64,000 nucleotides of DNA, taken from assembly GCA_963716745.1 (NCBI GenBank), contig OY970320.1, forward strand, positions 128,001 through 192,000. Reading direction: 5' to 3'. Of this stretch, positions 38,240-49,339 are shown in pieces (positions within the stretch are counted from its first letter, which is position 1; each line of letters begins with the position of its first letter). The notes under the pieces are model-generated. The model saw nothing but the letters and a program-made list of their open reading frames with translations, ran no database searches and was not told the DNA's origin. This stretch comes from an uncultured Gemmatimonadaceae bacterium. Lineage in GTDB: Bacteria; Gemmatimonadota; Gemmatimonadetes; Gemmatimonadales; Gemmatimonadaceae. The translations under genes were made by a program, and so were the position numbers.

Positions 38240-39857
38240 CTCGACAGCGCTGATCCTCGGCGGCAGCGGACTGGTGGGACTCGCCGTCGCGCGCCGCCTG
38301 CTCGATTTCGCTCCGAAGCGGATCATCCTCGCGGGACTCCAGCAGCACGAGGCGGATGCCGCGGTGCGCGCGCTCGAGCCGTACGCGCGCGACACGACGC
38401 TCACGCCGCTCTGGGGGAACATCTTCCACACCGTGTCGCTCGCCGAGCGCGCGCGCGAGGACGTGCTGGCCGACGCGGCCGCGCGCCGCGAGCTGGTGGA
38501 CGACATGCTCGGCCAGCCCACGGCCGCTTCGCTCGGCCGCAACGTGCTCCACGACTGGCTCACGACGCATCGTCCCGATCTCGTGATCGATTGCGTGAAC
38601 ACCGCGACCGCCGTCGCGTACCAGGACGGGTTCGCGAGCGCGCAGCGGCTGCTCTCGGCGGCGGACGCGGGCCACGTGGACCGCGAGACCGTCGAGCGGC
38701 ATCTGCTCACGCTCTCGGTGCCGCAGCTCGTGCGCCATCACGAGGCGCTCTCCGACGGCATGCGCCGCGCCGGCACGCAGGCGTACGTGAAGATCGGCAC
38801 CAGCGGCACCGGCGGCATGGGATTGAACATCCCGTACACGCACAGCGAGGAGAAGCCGTCGCGCACGCTGGTCGCGAAGACGGCGGTCGCGGGCGCGCAG
38901 AGCATGATCCTCTTCCTGCAGGGGCGCACGCCGGGCGCGCCGAGCACCGTGGAGATCAAGCCGACGGCGGCGATCGGGTGGAGCGACATCACGTTCGGTC
39001 CCGTGAAGCGCGGCGGCCGCACGCTGGAGCTGGTGGATTGCGAGCGGCCGATGCGCGTGGAGGATGCGTTCACGCCGGGCGCGGGCGGCTGGACGCGCAG
39101 CGGGCAGCCGCTCGAGAGCGCGTTCATCTCGATGGGCGAGAACGGCCTTTTCGCGCGCGATGAATTCGAGACCGTCACCTCGCTGGGGCAGATGGAGATC
39201 GTCACGGCGGAAGAGCTCGCCGACGCGGTGATCATGGAGCTGCGCGGCGCGCCGACGGGCAAGGACGTGATCGCCGCGCTCGACAGCGCGACGTTCGGGC
39301 CGACGTACCGGGGCGGGTACCTGCGCTCGCTGGCGGTGCAGGCGCTCGACGCGCTCGAGCGCGAGCACGGCGTGCGATCCATCGGCTTCGAGATGCTCGG
39401 GCCGCCGCGCCTCACGAAGCTGCTCTACGAGGCGCACATCCTGTCGAAGCTCTTCGCCACGGTGAAGGAACTCGCCGCCGCCGATCCGGCGAGCGCCGCG
39501 GCGCGCGCGGAGCGGCTCGTGCGCGAGCAGGATCCCGCGCTCCGGAAGCTCATCCTCTCGGTGGGGATCCCGATCCTCCTGAGCGACGGCCTGTCGGTGC
39601 TGCGTGGCGAGGTGGTGGTGGTGCCGCCCGCCGGCAAGGGCGCGGAGATCGCGCCGCGCGGGTGGGTGGACCTGCGCCCCTCGAACATGGCGCAGTGGGT
39701 GAAGCGCGCCGCGACGATCTCGGCGGAGCCGCGGCCGGTCGGCACGGGCTCGGCGGCGGCCACCAACTGGATCGGCGCCGATGCGCCCATCGTCCCGTCG
39801 CGGATGGCCGTATGGATATTCGAGCACGAGGACGGCGGCTACCGCATCAAGCGCTGA
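38226..39857 (+). CDS. atypical long short-chain dehydrogenase-like protein
   Basis: N-terminal ILGGSGLVG Rossmann motif; [20 protein letters not shown]. Confidence 0.65.
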   Translation: MELRDSTALILGGSGLVGLAVARRLLDFAPKRIILAGLQQHEADAAVRALEPYARDTTLTPLWGNIFHTVSLAERAREDVLADAAARRELVDDMLGQPTAASLGRNVLHDWLTTHRPDLVIDCVNTATAVAYQDGFASAQRLLSAADAGHVDRETVERHLLTLSVPQLVRHHEALSDGMRRAGTQAYVKIGTSGTGGMGLNIPYTHSEEKPSRTLVAKTAVAGAQSMILFLQGRTPGAPSTVEIKPTAAIGWSDITFGPVKRGGRTLELVDCERPMRVEDAFTPGAGGWTRSGQPLESAFISMGENGLFARDEFETVTSLGQMEIVTAEELADAVIMELRGAPTGKDVIAALDSATFGPTYRGGYLRSLAVQALDALEREHGVRSIGFEMLGPPRLTKLLYEAHILSKLFATVKELAAADPASAAARAERLVREQDPALRKLILSVGIPILLSDGLSVLRGEVVVVPPAGKGAEIAPRGWVDLRPSNMAQWVKRAATISAEPRPVGTGSAAATNWIGADAPIVPSRMAVWIFEHEDGGYRIKR

Positions 39858-39923
39858 GCCACTCCCTGGGGCGCGCGACGCCCCGCATCATTCACGTATC
39901 CCCGAGCATTCCGGAGCGAACGC

Positions 39924-40901
39924 GTGGCGACACGGACGAGCACACCCACGGTGGACACGGCGCTGGTGCAGTCGATCCTCGAGCAGGTGGCGAAGCGTGT
40001 CGTCGGCCAGGATTACATGGTCGAGCGGCTGCTCGTCGGCCTGCTCGCCGGCGGCCACGTGCTGCTCGAAGGCGTGCCGGGCCTCGCGAAGACGCTCACG
40101 GTGAAGACGCTCGCCGAAGCGATCCAGACGAGCTTCCATCGGATCCAGTTCACGCCCGACCTGCTGCCGGCCGACGTGCTCGGCACGCAGGTGTTCGATC
40201 CGGCCACCGCGCAGTTCCGTGTGAAGAAGGGGCCGATCTTCGCGAACATCATCCTCGCCGACGAGATCAACCGCGCGCCCGCGAAGGTGCAGGCCGCGCT
40301 GCTCGAGGCGATGCAGGAGAAGCAGGTGACGCTCGGCGGCACGACGTATCCGCTCACCGAGCCCTTCCTCGTGCTCGCGACGCAGAATCCGATCGAGCAG
40401 GAAGGGACGTACACGCTGCCCGAGGCGCAGGTGGACCGGTTCATGCTCAAGCTGCGCGTGGGCTATCCCACGCGCGTCGAGGAGAAGGAGATCATGCGCC
40501 GGATGGCCGGCGGCGCGCCGATCGCGGTGGACGCGGTCGCCTCGCCGACGGCGATCCTCGAGGCGCGGCGCCGCATCAGCGAGATCTACCTCGACGATCG
40601 CGTCGTGGACTACATCGTGGACATCGTGCATGCGACGCGCGAGCCCGAGGCGGCGGGGATCAAGAATCTCGCGCCGCTCATCGAGTACGGCGCGAGTCCG
40701 CGCGCCACGATCTTCCTCGCGCAGGGCGCGCGGGCGCTCGCCTTCCTGCGCGGCCGCAATTTCGTGACGCCCGACGACGTGAAGTCCATCGCCCCCGACG
40801 TGCTCCGCCACCGCGTGCTCACCACGTACGAAGCGGAGGCGGAGGAGGTGACGAGCGACGACGTCGTGGCGCGCGTCCTCGCGGCGGTCGAGAGCCCCTG
40901 A
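39924..40901 (+). CDS. moxR: MoxR family AAA+ ATPase
   Basis: LEGVPGLAKT, RIQFTPDLLPAD, ADEINRAPAKVQ, ATQNPIEQEGTY. Confidence 0.97.
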   Translation: MATRTSTPTVDTALVQSILEQVAKRVVGQDYMVERLLVGLLAGGHVLLEGVPGLAKTLTVKTLAEAIQTSFHRIQFTPDLLPADVLGTQVFDPATAQFRVKKGPIFANIILADEINRAPAKVQAALLEAMQEKQVTLGGTTYPLTEPFLVLATQNPIEQEGTYTLPEAQVDRFMLKLRVGYPTRVEEKEIMRRMAGGAPIAVDAVASPTAILEARRRISEIYLDDRVVDYIVDIVHATREPEAAGIKNLAPLIEYGASPRATIFLAQGARALAFLRGRNFVTPDDVKSIAPDVLRHRVLTTYEAEAEEVTSDDVVARVLAAVESP

Positions 40902-41902
40902 TGGCGGAGCCGGTGACCGGCCCGCGGCCGCTCGCGAAGCGGGCGACCGGTCATCACCCGGCGGTCACCACCGGGGCGGTGCGCGCGCACGCGGCGACAC
41001 GCGACCGCCGCACGGTAGTCGTCCCCGCCGACGTGCTGCGCCAGGTGCGCCTCGTGGAACTGCGCACCCGCGGGCTCGTGAACGCGCTCTTCACGGGCGA
41101 GTACCACTCGGTGTTCAAGGGGCAGGGGATGGAGTTCGCCGAGGTGCGCGAGTACGTCGACGGCGACGAAGTGCGCACGATCGACTGGAACGTCACGGCG
41201 CGCATGGGGCACCCGTTCGTGAAGCGCTTCGTGGAGGAGCGCGAGCTCACCGTCATGCTCGCGGTGGACCACTCGGGCTCGGAGCGCTTCGGCACGGCGC
41301 AGCGATTCAAGAGCGAACTCGCCACCGAGATCGGCGCGGTGCTCGCGATGTCCGCCATCCGCAACAACGATCGCGTGGGCGCGCTGCTCTTCACGGATCG
41401 CGTGGAGCACGTCGTGCCGCCGGGCAAAGGGCGACGCCACGTGCTGCGGCTCATCCGCGATGTGCTCGTGCACGAGCCGGAGGGGAGAGGCACCGACATC
41501 CCCGCCGCGATCGACTACCTCGCGAAGATGCTCCCGAACCGCGCGATCATCTTCCTCATCTCGGATTTCGTCGCCACGGGATTGGAGCGCCCGCTCAAGA
41601 TCCTCGCGCAGCGCCACGACGTCGTGGCGGTGACGATCACCGATCCGCGCGAGCGCGAGCTGCCCGACATCGGTCTCGCGCGCTTCACCGATCCCGAGAC
41701 TGGCGCGGTGGTGGACGTGAACACCTCCGATCCCGCGCTGCGCCGGAAATATGCCGAGCAGATGAAGGCGGAGGTCGAGGGGCGCACGCAGTTGCTGCGG
41801 CGCCTGGCGATCGACGAGGTCGCCGTGCGCACCGACGAGCGGTACGTCGATCCGCTGCTCCGGTTCTTCCGGCTCCGCGAGACGCGGCGCCGCCGGCGAT
41901 GA
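40901..41902 (+). CDS. DUF58 domain protein
   Basis: FKGQGMEFAEVREY..GD..IDWNVTAR..VKRFVEEREL. Confidence 0.93.
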   Translation: MAEPVTGPRPLAKRATGHHPAVTTGAVRAHAATRDRRTVVVPADVLRQVRLVELRTRGLVNALFTGEYHSVFKGQGMEFAEVREYVDGDEVRTIDWNVTARMGHPFVKRFVEERELTVMLAVDHSGSERFGTAQRFKSELATEIGAVLAMSAIRNNDRVGALLFTDRVEHVVPPGKGRRHVLRLIRDVLVHEPEGRGTDIPAAIDYLAKMLPNRAIIFLISDFVATGLERPLKILAQRHDVVAVTITDPRERELPDIGLARFTDPETGAVVDVNTSDPALRRKYAEQMKAEVEGRTQLLRRLAIDEVAVRTDERYVDPLLRFFRLRETRRRRR

Positions 41903-42831
41903 TCACCGCGTTCGCGTTCGCGCTGTTCCAGGTCGCCGCGGCCGCGCCCGTTCCGGTGGCGGCTCCAGTGGCCGCACCCGCGATCTCGTGGACCGTATCG
42001 CCCGATACGGTGACGATCGCGGAGCCGTTCGTCGTGACGATCACGATCCGCGCGCCGCTGAAATCGGTCATCGCGTTCCCCGCGGGTCCCGACACGGCGC
42101 AAACGCTCGAGGCGGTGGACCCGCCCATCGTGAAGTTCGATCTCGACAGCGCGGGCGCGCCGGTGCGCATTGCGGTGTACCGCCTGCAAGCGTGGCAGAC
42201 GGGCGCGCAATCGCTCACGGTGCCGGTGAAGGTGGATGTCGGTACGGGCGCGCAAACGGTGGAAGCGCATCCCGCCGTGTTCGTGCGTTCGGTGCTGCCG
42301 GCCGATACATCGCTCCGTGTTCCGAAGCCGGCGCTCACGGTGCTGCCGTCGCCGTTCGTATGGTGGCCGTGGGCGCTCGGCGCGGCGCTCGTGCTCTTGG
42401 GCGTCGCGATGCTCTGGCGCCGGCGGAGACGCCGCCGCGCCGCGAAGCCGCCGCCATCGCCGCTCAGCATCGCGGAAGCGGCGCTCGCGCGCATCGACAC
42501 GCTTGGCCTGCTCGAGGCGGGCGAGCCGAGCCGGTTCGTCGCGCTGCACGCGGACGTGCTGCGCGGTTACTTGAGCACCCGCGTGGCGGTCGTCTCGCGC
42601 TCGATGACGACCGGCGAACTCGTGCACGCGCTGTTCGGCCGCGCGCTGCCGCTCAACCGGGTGGCGGCGGTGCTCGAGGAGGCGGATCAGATCCAGTTCG
42701 CGCGGCGCCCCGTGACCGCGGTGCGCGCCAAGGAGATCGCGAAGGAGGTGCGTACGCTGCTCACGCTCTCCGATGACGCGTTCGCGCGCGACGTGATCGT
42801 GCCGCCGGCGTCGCCCAAGAGGGTCGCATGA
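41899..42831 (+). CDS. Bat-operon membrane-anchored protein
   Basis: Signal peptide, Ig-like region, TM plus poly-Arg, SMTTGEL..ADQIQFA; lies between DUF58 and batA. Confidence 0.7.
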   Translation: MITAFAFALFQVAAAAPVPVAAPVAAPAISWTVSPDTVTIAEPFVVTITIRAPLKSVIAFPAGPDTAQTLEAVDPPIVKFDLDSAGAPVRIAVYRLQAWQTGAQSLTVPVKVDVGTGAQTVEAHPAVFVRSVLPADTSLRVPKPALTVLPSPFVWWPWALGAALVLLGVAMLWRRRRRRRAAKPPPSPLSIAEAALARIDTLGLLEAGEPSRFVALHADVLRGYLSTRVAVVSRSMTTGELVHALFGRALPLNRVAAVLEEADQIQFARRPVTAVRAKEIAKEVRTLLTLSDDAFARDVIVPPASPKRVA

Positions 42832-43823
42832 TCCCCGCGCTCCCCGACTTCTTCTTCGGCTCGCCGTGGGCGCTCGTGCTGCTGCTCCTCCTGCCGGCGT
42901 GGTGGATCGCGCGCCGCTCGCGCCGGCCGCCCGCCATCGTCTTCTCGCGCGCCGATGTGCTCGGCCGCTTGCCGCAGCGGGGACGCGGCGTGGCGGCGGC
43001 GCTGTTCGTGCTCCGGAATCTTCTGCTCGCCGGCCTGATCATCGCGCTCGCGCGCCCGCGCACCGGTTCGCGCGCCGAGCCGATCACCACCGAGGGGATC
43101 AACATTGTCCTCGCGATCGACCTTTCGAGCTCCATGCTCTCGGAGGACTTCCAGCCGCAGAACCGGCTGGAAGTGGTGAAGGATCGGGTGAAGCAGTTCA
43201 TCCTCGGCCGCCACAGCGATCGCATTGGCGTGGTCGCGTTCGCCAGCGAGGCGCTGACGCAGGTGCCGCTCACCGTCGACTATCCGGTGCTGCTCACGGC
43301 CGTCGACAACCTGCAGTCCGGCCAGCTCGACGACGGCACCGCCATCGGCACCGCGATCGCCACCGCCACGAATCGCCTGCGGGATGCACCGGGAAGGTCG
43401 AAGGTGCTCATCCTGCTCACCGACGGCGAGAACAATCGCGGTGCCATCGATCCGCGCACCGCCGCGCAGGCGGCCGCGGCGATGGGCGTGAAGATCTACA
43501 CCATCGGCGCCGGCACGCAGGGCATGGCGCCGGTGCCCGTGGGCAAGGGACTCATGGGGATCCGCTATGAGTACCGCCCCGTCGAGATCGACGAGGACTT
43601 GTTGCGCGACGTGGCACGCACCACCGGCGGCCGCTACTTCCGCGCCGTGGACGGCGCCGCGCTCGAGCACATCTATCAGCAGATCGATCTCCTCGAGCGC
43701 GAGCCGGTGCGGGCGCGCACGTACGTGCACTTCGCGGAGGAGTACCATTGGCCGCTCGGCGCCGCGCTCCTCGCGATGTCGCTCGAGGTGCTGCTCCTCT
43801 TCTGGCGGGGGCCGCTCCCGTGA
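42828..43823 (+). CDS. batA: VWA domain protein BatA
   Basis: ALARPR, MIDAS DLSSSM, GTAIGTA, ILLTDGENN, IYTIG. Confidence 0.9.
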   Translation: MIPALPDFFFGSPWALVLLLLLPAWWIARRSRRPPAIVFSRADVLGRLPQRGRGVAAALFVLRNLLLAGLIIALARPRTGSRAEPITTEGINIVLAIDLSSSMLSEDFQPQNRLEVVKDRVKQFILGRHSDRIGVVAFASEALTQVPLTVDYPVLLTAVDNLQSGQLDDGTAIGTAIATATNRLRDAPGRSKVLILLTDGENNRGAIDPRTAAQAAAAMGVKIYTIGAGTQGMAPVPVGKGLMGIRYEYRPVEIDEDLLRDVARTTGGRYFRAVDGAALEHIYQQIDLLEREPVRARTYVHFAEEYHWPLGAALLAMSLEVLLLFWRGPLP

Positions 43824-45484
43824 GCACGATCGTCGAGTATCCGTGGGCGCTCTTCGCCGCGCCGGCATTCGCGCTCGGCATCGCGCTGCTGCTCTGGCTC
43901 GCGTTCCGCCGCCGCGCGAGCCGGCTCGCGCGACTGGGCACGGGTTCGCTCATCGCGCGCCTGATGCCGCCCGCCGCGATGCACGCGCCCTGGCCGCGCA
44001 TCGTGCTGCTCGGGCTTGCCGCCGCGTGCGGTGCGGTCGCGTACGCCGGTCCGCGCTGGGGGATGGAGACCACGGTGCAGCGGGCCACCGGCGTGGACGT
44101 GGTGCTCGTGCTCGATGCCTCGCTCTCGATGATGGCCGAGGATGAGCGGCCGAATCGCCTCGAGCGCATGAAGGAGGAAGCGCGCCGCTTCCTCGCGCTC
44201 GCCGGCGGCGACCGCATCGGTCTCATTGCGTTCGCGGGACGGAGCTATGTGCTCTCGCCGCTCACCGTGGACCATGGCGCGCTGGAATTGTTCATCGACA
44301 ATCTCGATCCGTCGGTCGTGGGGCAGGCCGGCAGCTCCATCTCGCGCGCGATCGACATGGGCACCGAACTCCTGCTCGCCACTCCCGGCGCGAGCGACAA
44401 GGCGCTCATCATCATGAGCGATGGCGAGGCGTTCGACGGCGACGATGAGATCCAGGCCGCCGCGCGCCGCGCCGAGAAGTCCGAGATCACCGTTGTGACC
44501 GTCGGCTTCGGGCGCGAAGCCGGCGCGACGATCCCGATGCCGGCGATCGGCGGCGGCACCACGCCGAAGCGCGATGCCGACAACAAGGTCGTGGTCACAC
44601 ACTACACCCCGGCCACGCTGCAGGAGCTCGCCGGCGATCACGGCACGTTCATCCCGGCACAGGCGACGGACAAAGCGGCGCGGGTGCGACAAGCGCTGGC
44701 CGCGTTGCGCGCGACGGGCCGCGACGCGCAGCGCGCCACCGACCGGCGCGCGCGATTCCAGCTCTTCCTCATTCCCGCCGTGCTCCTCGCGCTCTTCGAC
44801 ACGATGCTGGCGGAGCGGCGCGGCCGCCGCCGGCCCGCGGCCGCGGCTTCTACGACGGCCGTCGCGGCGGTGCTCCTGCTCGCATTCATGCCGCAGGCCG
44901 CGTCGGCGCAAGCGCGCACCGGCGACAAACTCTACGCGGCCGGGCTCTATCGCGAAGCGGCGGACGCGTACTCGCGCGCGATGCAGGATGGCAAACCCAC
45001 GCCGCGCCTCGAGTACGATCTCGGCACGTCGCTGCTCGCCGCCGGTCAATCGGGACAAGTGGGGTTGAGCGACGAGGCGGCGTCGGCGCTGGAGCGCGCG
45101 GCCGCCGAGTCGAAGGATCTCGGGATCCGGTACAGCGCGCTGTACAACCTCGGCCTCGTGTACCTGCTCGCGGGGCGCGCATCGAAAGGCCCGGAGGAAG
45201 CTTCGCAAGCGTTCGCGGCATCCACCGCAGCGTACCGTCGAGCGCTGCGCCTGCGCCCCGACGATGCCGACGCGAAATGGAACTACGAACTGGCGAACAA
45301 CGAACGGAAATCGAACGGCGGCGGGCAGCGTCCGAGCGGCGGACCGCCCAAACCGAGCCAGGCGCTCGATCCGCGGCAGGCGCAGCAATTGCTCAACAGC
45401 GCCCAGCGCGAGGAGCGCGAGGCGCAGGCGAAGAAACAGAAGCAGAACGCGCCTGACCGCCCGCCGGGAGGGAAGGACTGGTGA
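43820..45484 (+). CDS. VWA + TPR protein (BatB-BatC-like fusion)
   Basis: GPRWG, DASLSM, SDGE, then TPRs (YNLG..DAKWNYELA) and a KDW end. Confidence 0.85.
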   Translation: MSTIVEYPWALFAAPAFALGIALLLWLAFRRRASRLARLGTGSLIARLMPPAAMHAPWPRIVLLGLAAACGAVAYAGPRWGMETTVQRATGVDVVLVLDASLSMMAEDERPNRLERMKEEARRFLALAGGDRIGLIAFAGRSYVLSPLTVDHGALELFIDNLDPSVVGQAGSSISRAIDMGTELLLATPGASDKALIIMSDGEAFDGDDEIQAAARRAEKSEITVVTVGFGREAGATIPMPAIGGGTTPKRDADNKVVVTHYTPATLQELAGDHGTFIPAQATDKAARVRQALAALRATGRDAQRATDRRARFQLFLIPAVLLALFDTMLAERRGRRRPAAAASTTAVAAVLLLAFMPQAASAQARTGDKLYAAGLYREAADAYSRAMQDGKPTPRLEYDLGTSLLAAGQSGQVGLSDEAASALERAAAESKDLGIRYSALYNLGLVYLLAGRASKGPEEASQAFAASTAAYRRALRLRPDDADAKWNYELANNERKSNGGGQRPSGGPPKPSQALDPRQAQQLLNSAQREEREAQAKKQKQNAPDRPPGGKDW

Positions 45485-47574
45485 GCGCGCTGCTCCTCAC
45501 GTTGTCGCTGCTCGCGGGCGCCGCGCGCGATACGCTGCATCGGCCGGCGGCGGTGGTGCGCGCGCCGCTCGACACGGCGCAGGTCGTGAATTTCCGCACG
45601 ATGATCGAGCCGGACACCGTGTTCGTCGGACAGCAGGCGACGTACGAGTTCGGCGCGTTCGTGGATGAATCGGTGCGCGACCGGTTGCGCCGCATGGAAG
45701 AGGTCCCGCCGGAGTTGCGCGGCGTGATGGCGTACGAGCCGCCCGCGAACATGAGCGGCTTCCCGATGGCGCCCGTGGGGCGCCGCCGCTACGAAGCGCA
45801 CGTGAGTTTGCGCGCGATCTTTCCGCTGGCGCCCGGACGCTATGCGGTGGCGCCGGCGCGCCTTGTGTACGCGATGCCGCTCTCGTACAGCTTCTTCAGC
45901 CGCGAGGAGAGTTTCGAACTCCGCAGCGACAGCGCCGTGTTCATCGCGATCGATCCGCCGGCCGCCGGTCGCCCGGCCGACTGGAGTGGCGCCGTGGGCG
46001 TGCTGCGCGTGGACGCGCGCCTCGACACGCTCGCGGCACGCGTGGGCGACGCGATGCATCTCACGGTGCGCGTGATGGGCATCGGCAACGTGAAGCTCTT
46101 CCCGCGGCCGGCCATCGACATCGCGTGGGCGAACGCGATCCCGGCCGGTGAGCGAGTGATGCTCGCGCCCGACTCGATCACGATCCGCGGTACGAAGGAG
46201 TTCGACTGGGTGCTCACGCCCACGAGCGCGGGCCGCCAAACGCTCGCCGGCGTGCGCTATCCGTACTTCGATCCCTACCGCCGCCGCTACGACGTCGCGC
46301 TAAGCTCCGCAATGCCGGTGACGATCGCTGCCGGCTCGCTAGCGATGATCGATAGCGGCGCGGCGGCGCGGCCGCCGGTGTGGGCGGTGCGCGCGGAATA
46401 CCGCGGCGCGCTGCCCGTGCCGATCTATCTCACGGTGCCGTATCTCATGCTCATCGTGCTGCTGCCGGCGCCGGCCATCGCGTTCGCGATCGCGAACCGC
46501 CCGAAGCGCGAGCGGCGCAGGCGCCGCCGGCGCCCGCCCGAAGAACTGCTTCGCGAAATCGCGCGGCGCCCCGATGGCACGGATCTGAGCGCGCTGCGGC
46601 GCGCTTTCCTCGACGCGGTGAGCGCACGGCTGCGCGCTCCCGCGAATGCGCTCGCCGAGCCGGAGGCGATCCGGCGCGCCGCGCGGCGCGCCGGCACATC
46701 GGGCGCGACCGCGGCATCGGCCGCGACCTTCATCGCCGAGCTCAACACCGCGGCGTTCGCGCTCGAGGGCGAGCCCGTGCGCGGCGCGGGCGCGCGCGCG
46801 CTCAAGCTCTACGGCGCGATCGATGCGGAGGCGCGGCGCTGGCGCGCACGTGCGACGGTCGCCGTGCTCGCGATCTTCCTCGTCATCGGCGCGCACGGTA
46901 TCGCGGCGGCCGATCTCCCGGATCCCGCCGCGACCTTCGCCGACGGCGTTTCCGCGTACGCCGATCGCCACTACGCAGACGCCGCGAAGGATTTCGAAGC
47001 CGTCGCGGCGGATCAGCCGCGCGCCGCCGACGCCTGGGCGGACCTCGGCACCGCGTCATTCGCCGCCGGCGACACCGCTGGCGCCGTGCGCGGCTGGCAG
47101 CGCGCGCTGCGTCTCGAGCCGCTCGCGCCCGACATGCGCGAGCGCCTCGACATCATCTCACCGGCCGCGGCCACTTCGCCGGGCGCGGTGCCGCCGATCC
47201 CGCCGCTGCCGATCATCCTCATCGCATCCGCACTCTGGGCGGCGAGCTGGATCGCGATCGCGCTCCGCCTGCGCCGCCGTGAGCCGCTCGGCGGCGCCTC
47301 GATCGCGCTCACCGCCCTCGGCGCCGCGATCATTTGCGGCTCCGCCGGCGCGTTCCTCGAGCGCCGGTTGTCGCCGGCCGGCCTCTCGGTGCTGCGTCAC
47401 GATGCGCCGCTCCGCTTCCAGCCCGCGCTCGGCGGCGAGCGTGCCTCGGTGGTGCGTCTGGGCGAAACGGTGCGCATCCAGGCGCTCGATGGCGCGTGGG
47501 CGCGCGTCGTCGTCGACCGCGACCGCGACGGCTGGGTGCCGCGCGATGCGCTCCTCCCGCTCGCCGGCGATTGA
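45481..47574 (+). CDS. BatD-like protein fused to TPR + SH3 (BatE-like)
   Basis: SGAVG, GIGNV, YPYFDP; later AWADLG..WQRALRLEP and C-terminal DGWVP. Confidence 0.8.
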   Translation: MSALLLTLSLLAGAARDTLHRPAAVVRAPLDTAQVVNFRTMIEPDTVFVGQQATYEFGAFVDESVRDRLRRMEEVPPELRGVMAYEPPANMSGFPMAPVGRRRYEAHVSLRAIFPLAPGRYAVAPARLVYAMPLSYSFFSREESFELRSDSAVFIAIDPPAAGRPADWSGAVGVLRVDARLDTLAARVGDAMHLTVRVMGIGNVKLFPRPAIDIAWANAIPAGERVMLAPDSITIRGTKEFDWVLTPTSAGRQTLAGVRYPYFDPYRRRYDVALSSAMPVTIAAGSLAMIDSGAAARPPVWAVRAEYRGALPVPIYLTVPYLMLIVLLPAPAIAFAIANRPKRERRRRRRRPPEELLREIARRPDGTDLSALRRAFLDAVSARLRAPANALAEPEAIRRAARRAGTSGATAASAATFIAELNTAAFALEGEPVRGAGARALKLYGAIDAEARRWRARATVAVLAIFLVIGAHGIAAADLPDPAATFADGVSAYADRHYADAAKDFEAVAADQPRAADAWADLGTASFAAGDTAGAVRGWQRALRLEPLAPDMRERLDIISPAAATSPGAVPPIPPLPIILIASALWAASWIAIALRLRRREPLGGASIALTALGAAIICGSAGAFLERRLSPAGLSVLRHDAPLRFQPALGGERASVVRLGETVRIQALDGAWARVVVDRDRDGWVPRDALLPLAGD

Positions 47575-47605
47575 TTTTCGCTCGGCGCGCCGGGTAGCTT
47601 TGCGG

Positions 47606-49339
47606 ATGCCCCGCATTGCCGTTCTGCCGAGCGCCGTGATCGATCAGATCGCGGCCGGTGAGGTCGTCGAGCGCCCCGCCTCGGTGGTGAAGGAGCTGGT
47701 GGAGAACGCGCTGGACGCGGGGGCCACGGCGATCGAGATCGCGATCGACGAGGGCGGCCGCGCGCGCATCCGAGTCGCCGACGACGGATGCGGCATGGAG
47801 CGTGCGGATGCGTTGCTCGCGCTCGAGCGCCACGCGACGTCGAAGATCCGGGCGACGTCGGATCTCGTCGGCGTCGGCAGCTTCGGCTTCCGCGGCGAGG
47901 CGCTGCCTGCCATCGCGTCCGTGGCGGAGCTGGAGCTCGAGACCGCCGCGGCGGACGGTGCCGGCACGGCGCTTCGCTCCGTCGGCGGCACGCTCGGCCC
48001 GGTGGCCGACGCCGCTCGCCGGCGCGGCACGACGGTCACGGTCTCGCGGCTCTTCTTCAATTCGCCGGCACGCACGAAATTCCTTCGCTCGCCGCGCTCC
48101 GAGTCGCGCGGCATCGCCGACATCGTCACGACGCTCGCGCTCTCGCGGCGCGACGTGCGCCTCAACGTGGTGCGCGACGGCGAATCGGTGCTCGCGTTGC
48201 CCGCGGCGCCATCACTGCGCGCGCGCGTCGCGGCACTTTGGGGCGCGAAATTCGCGGAACGGCTAGTAGACGTGGACGACGTGAACGGCCCGGTGCGGGT
48301 GAGCGGCCTCGTGGAGCGGCCGCGCGACGTTGGCACCGCCGGCCGGCGGGTTTTCCTCTCCGTGAACGGCCGCGCGATCCGCGACGGCGGGCTCGTGCGC
48401 GCCGCCGAGGCCGCGTACCGCTCGACGATCCCGGCCGGCACGCGGCCCTCGCTCGTGCTCGAACTCGTGGTGCCGGTGGATCGCGTGGATGTGAACGTGC
48501 ACCCGACCAAGGCCGAGGTGCGCTTCCACGAGCGGTGGCCAGTGGAGCGCGCGGTGGAGCATGCGGTGCGCCGTGCGCTCGGCGTCACGGCGAGCGCGGC
48601 CGCATTCGGCGCGCGCGCGTGGCCCGAGCCGTCCTTCGGCGGCGCGATGCCCGTGGATGTTGAGGCGCTTCGCCCGGCACCTGGCGATGAGCCCGGATCG
48701 CTCGGCGCGTTCGACGAGGCGCGCGAGACGGAGAACGGCGGCGCAACGGCTGCCGTGGTGGAAGAGGTCGTCGTGCCACCGCTCACGCAGCTGCGCCGCA
48801 CCTACCTCATGTGCGAGATCGATGGCGGTGTGCTGCTCATCGACCAGCATTCGGCGCACGAGCGCGTGCTGTACGAACAGTTCATGCACACGCTCGCGAG
48901 CGGGCGCGAGCCATCGCAGCGCCTGCTCTTTCCGCTCACGCTGCATCTCGGGCCGGCGGAAGGGGAAGCGTTCGAGGAGAACCGGGAGATCTTCGAGAAG
49001 CTCGGCTTCGAGATCGAGGGCTTCGGCGGCCACACGCTCATCGTGAACGCCGTGCCGATGCCCCATCCGCGCTTCGATGCGGAGCGCTGCCTGCGCGACA
49101 CCCTTGGCGCGCTCACCGGCGACCGCACGGCATCCGGGCTCGCGCGGCATGAGCGGCTCGCCGCGACCATCGCGTGCAAGGCCGCGGTGAAGGCGGGCGA
49201 CGAACTCGCACCGAGCGAGATGCGCGCATTGTATACGTCGCTCGCGCGCACGACGCTGCCCGCGCACGACGTGCACGGCCGAGCGACGATCGTGCAGTTG
49301 GGTTGGGATGAACTCGAGCGGCGCTTTGGCCGGCAATAG
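47606..49339 (+). CDS. mutL: DNA mismatch repair endonuclease MutL
   Basis: IAAGEVVERPASVVKELVEN, GFRGEAL, DVNVHPTK, DQHSAHER, ACKAA. Confidence 0.97.
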   Translation: MPRIAVLPSAVIDQIAAGEVVERPASVVKELVENALDAGATAIEIAIDEGGRARIRVADDGCGMERADALLALERHATSKIRATSDLVGVGSFGFRGEALPAIASVAELELETAAADGAGTALRSVGGTLGPVADAARRRGTTVTVSRLFFNSPARTKFLRSPRSESRGIADIVTTLALSRRDVRLNVVRDGESVLALPAAPSLRARVAALWGAKFAERLVDVDDVNGPVRVSGLVERPRDVGTAGRRVFLSVNGRAIRDGGLVRAAEAAYRSTIPAGTRPSLVLELVVPVDRVDVNVHPTKAEVRFHERWPVERAVEHAVRRALGVTASAAAFGARAWPEPSFGGAMPVDVEALRPAPGDEPGSLGAFDEARETENGGATAAVVEEVVVPPLTQLRRTYLMCEIDGGVLLIDQHSAHERVLYEQFMHTLASGREPSQRLLFPLTLHLGPAEGEAFEENREIFEKLGFEIEGFGGHTLIVNAVPMPHPRFDAERCLRDTLGALTGDRTASGLARHERLAATIACKAAVKAGDELAPSEMRALYTSLARTTLPAHDVHGRATIVQLGWDELERRFGRQ

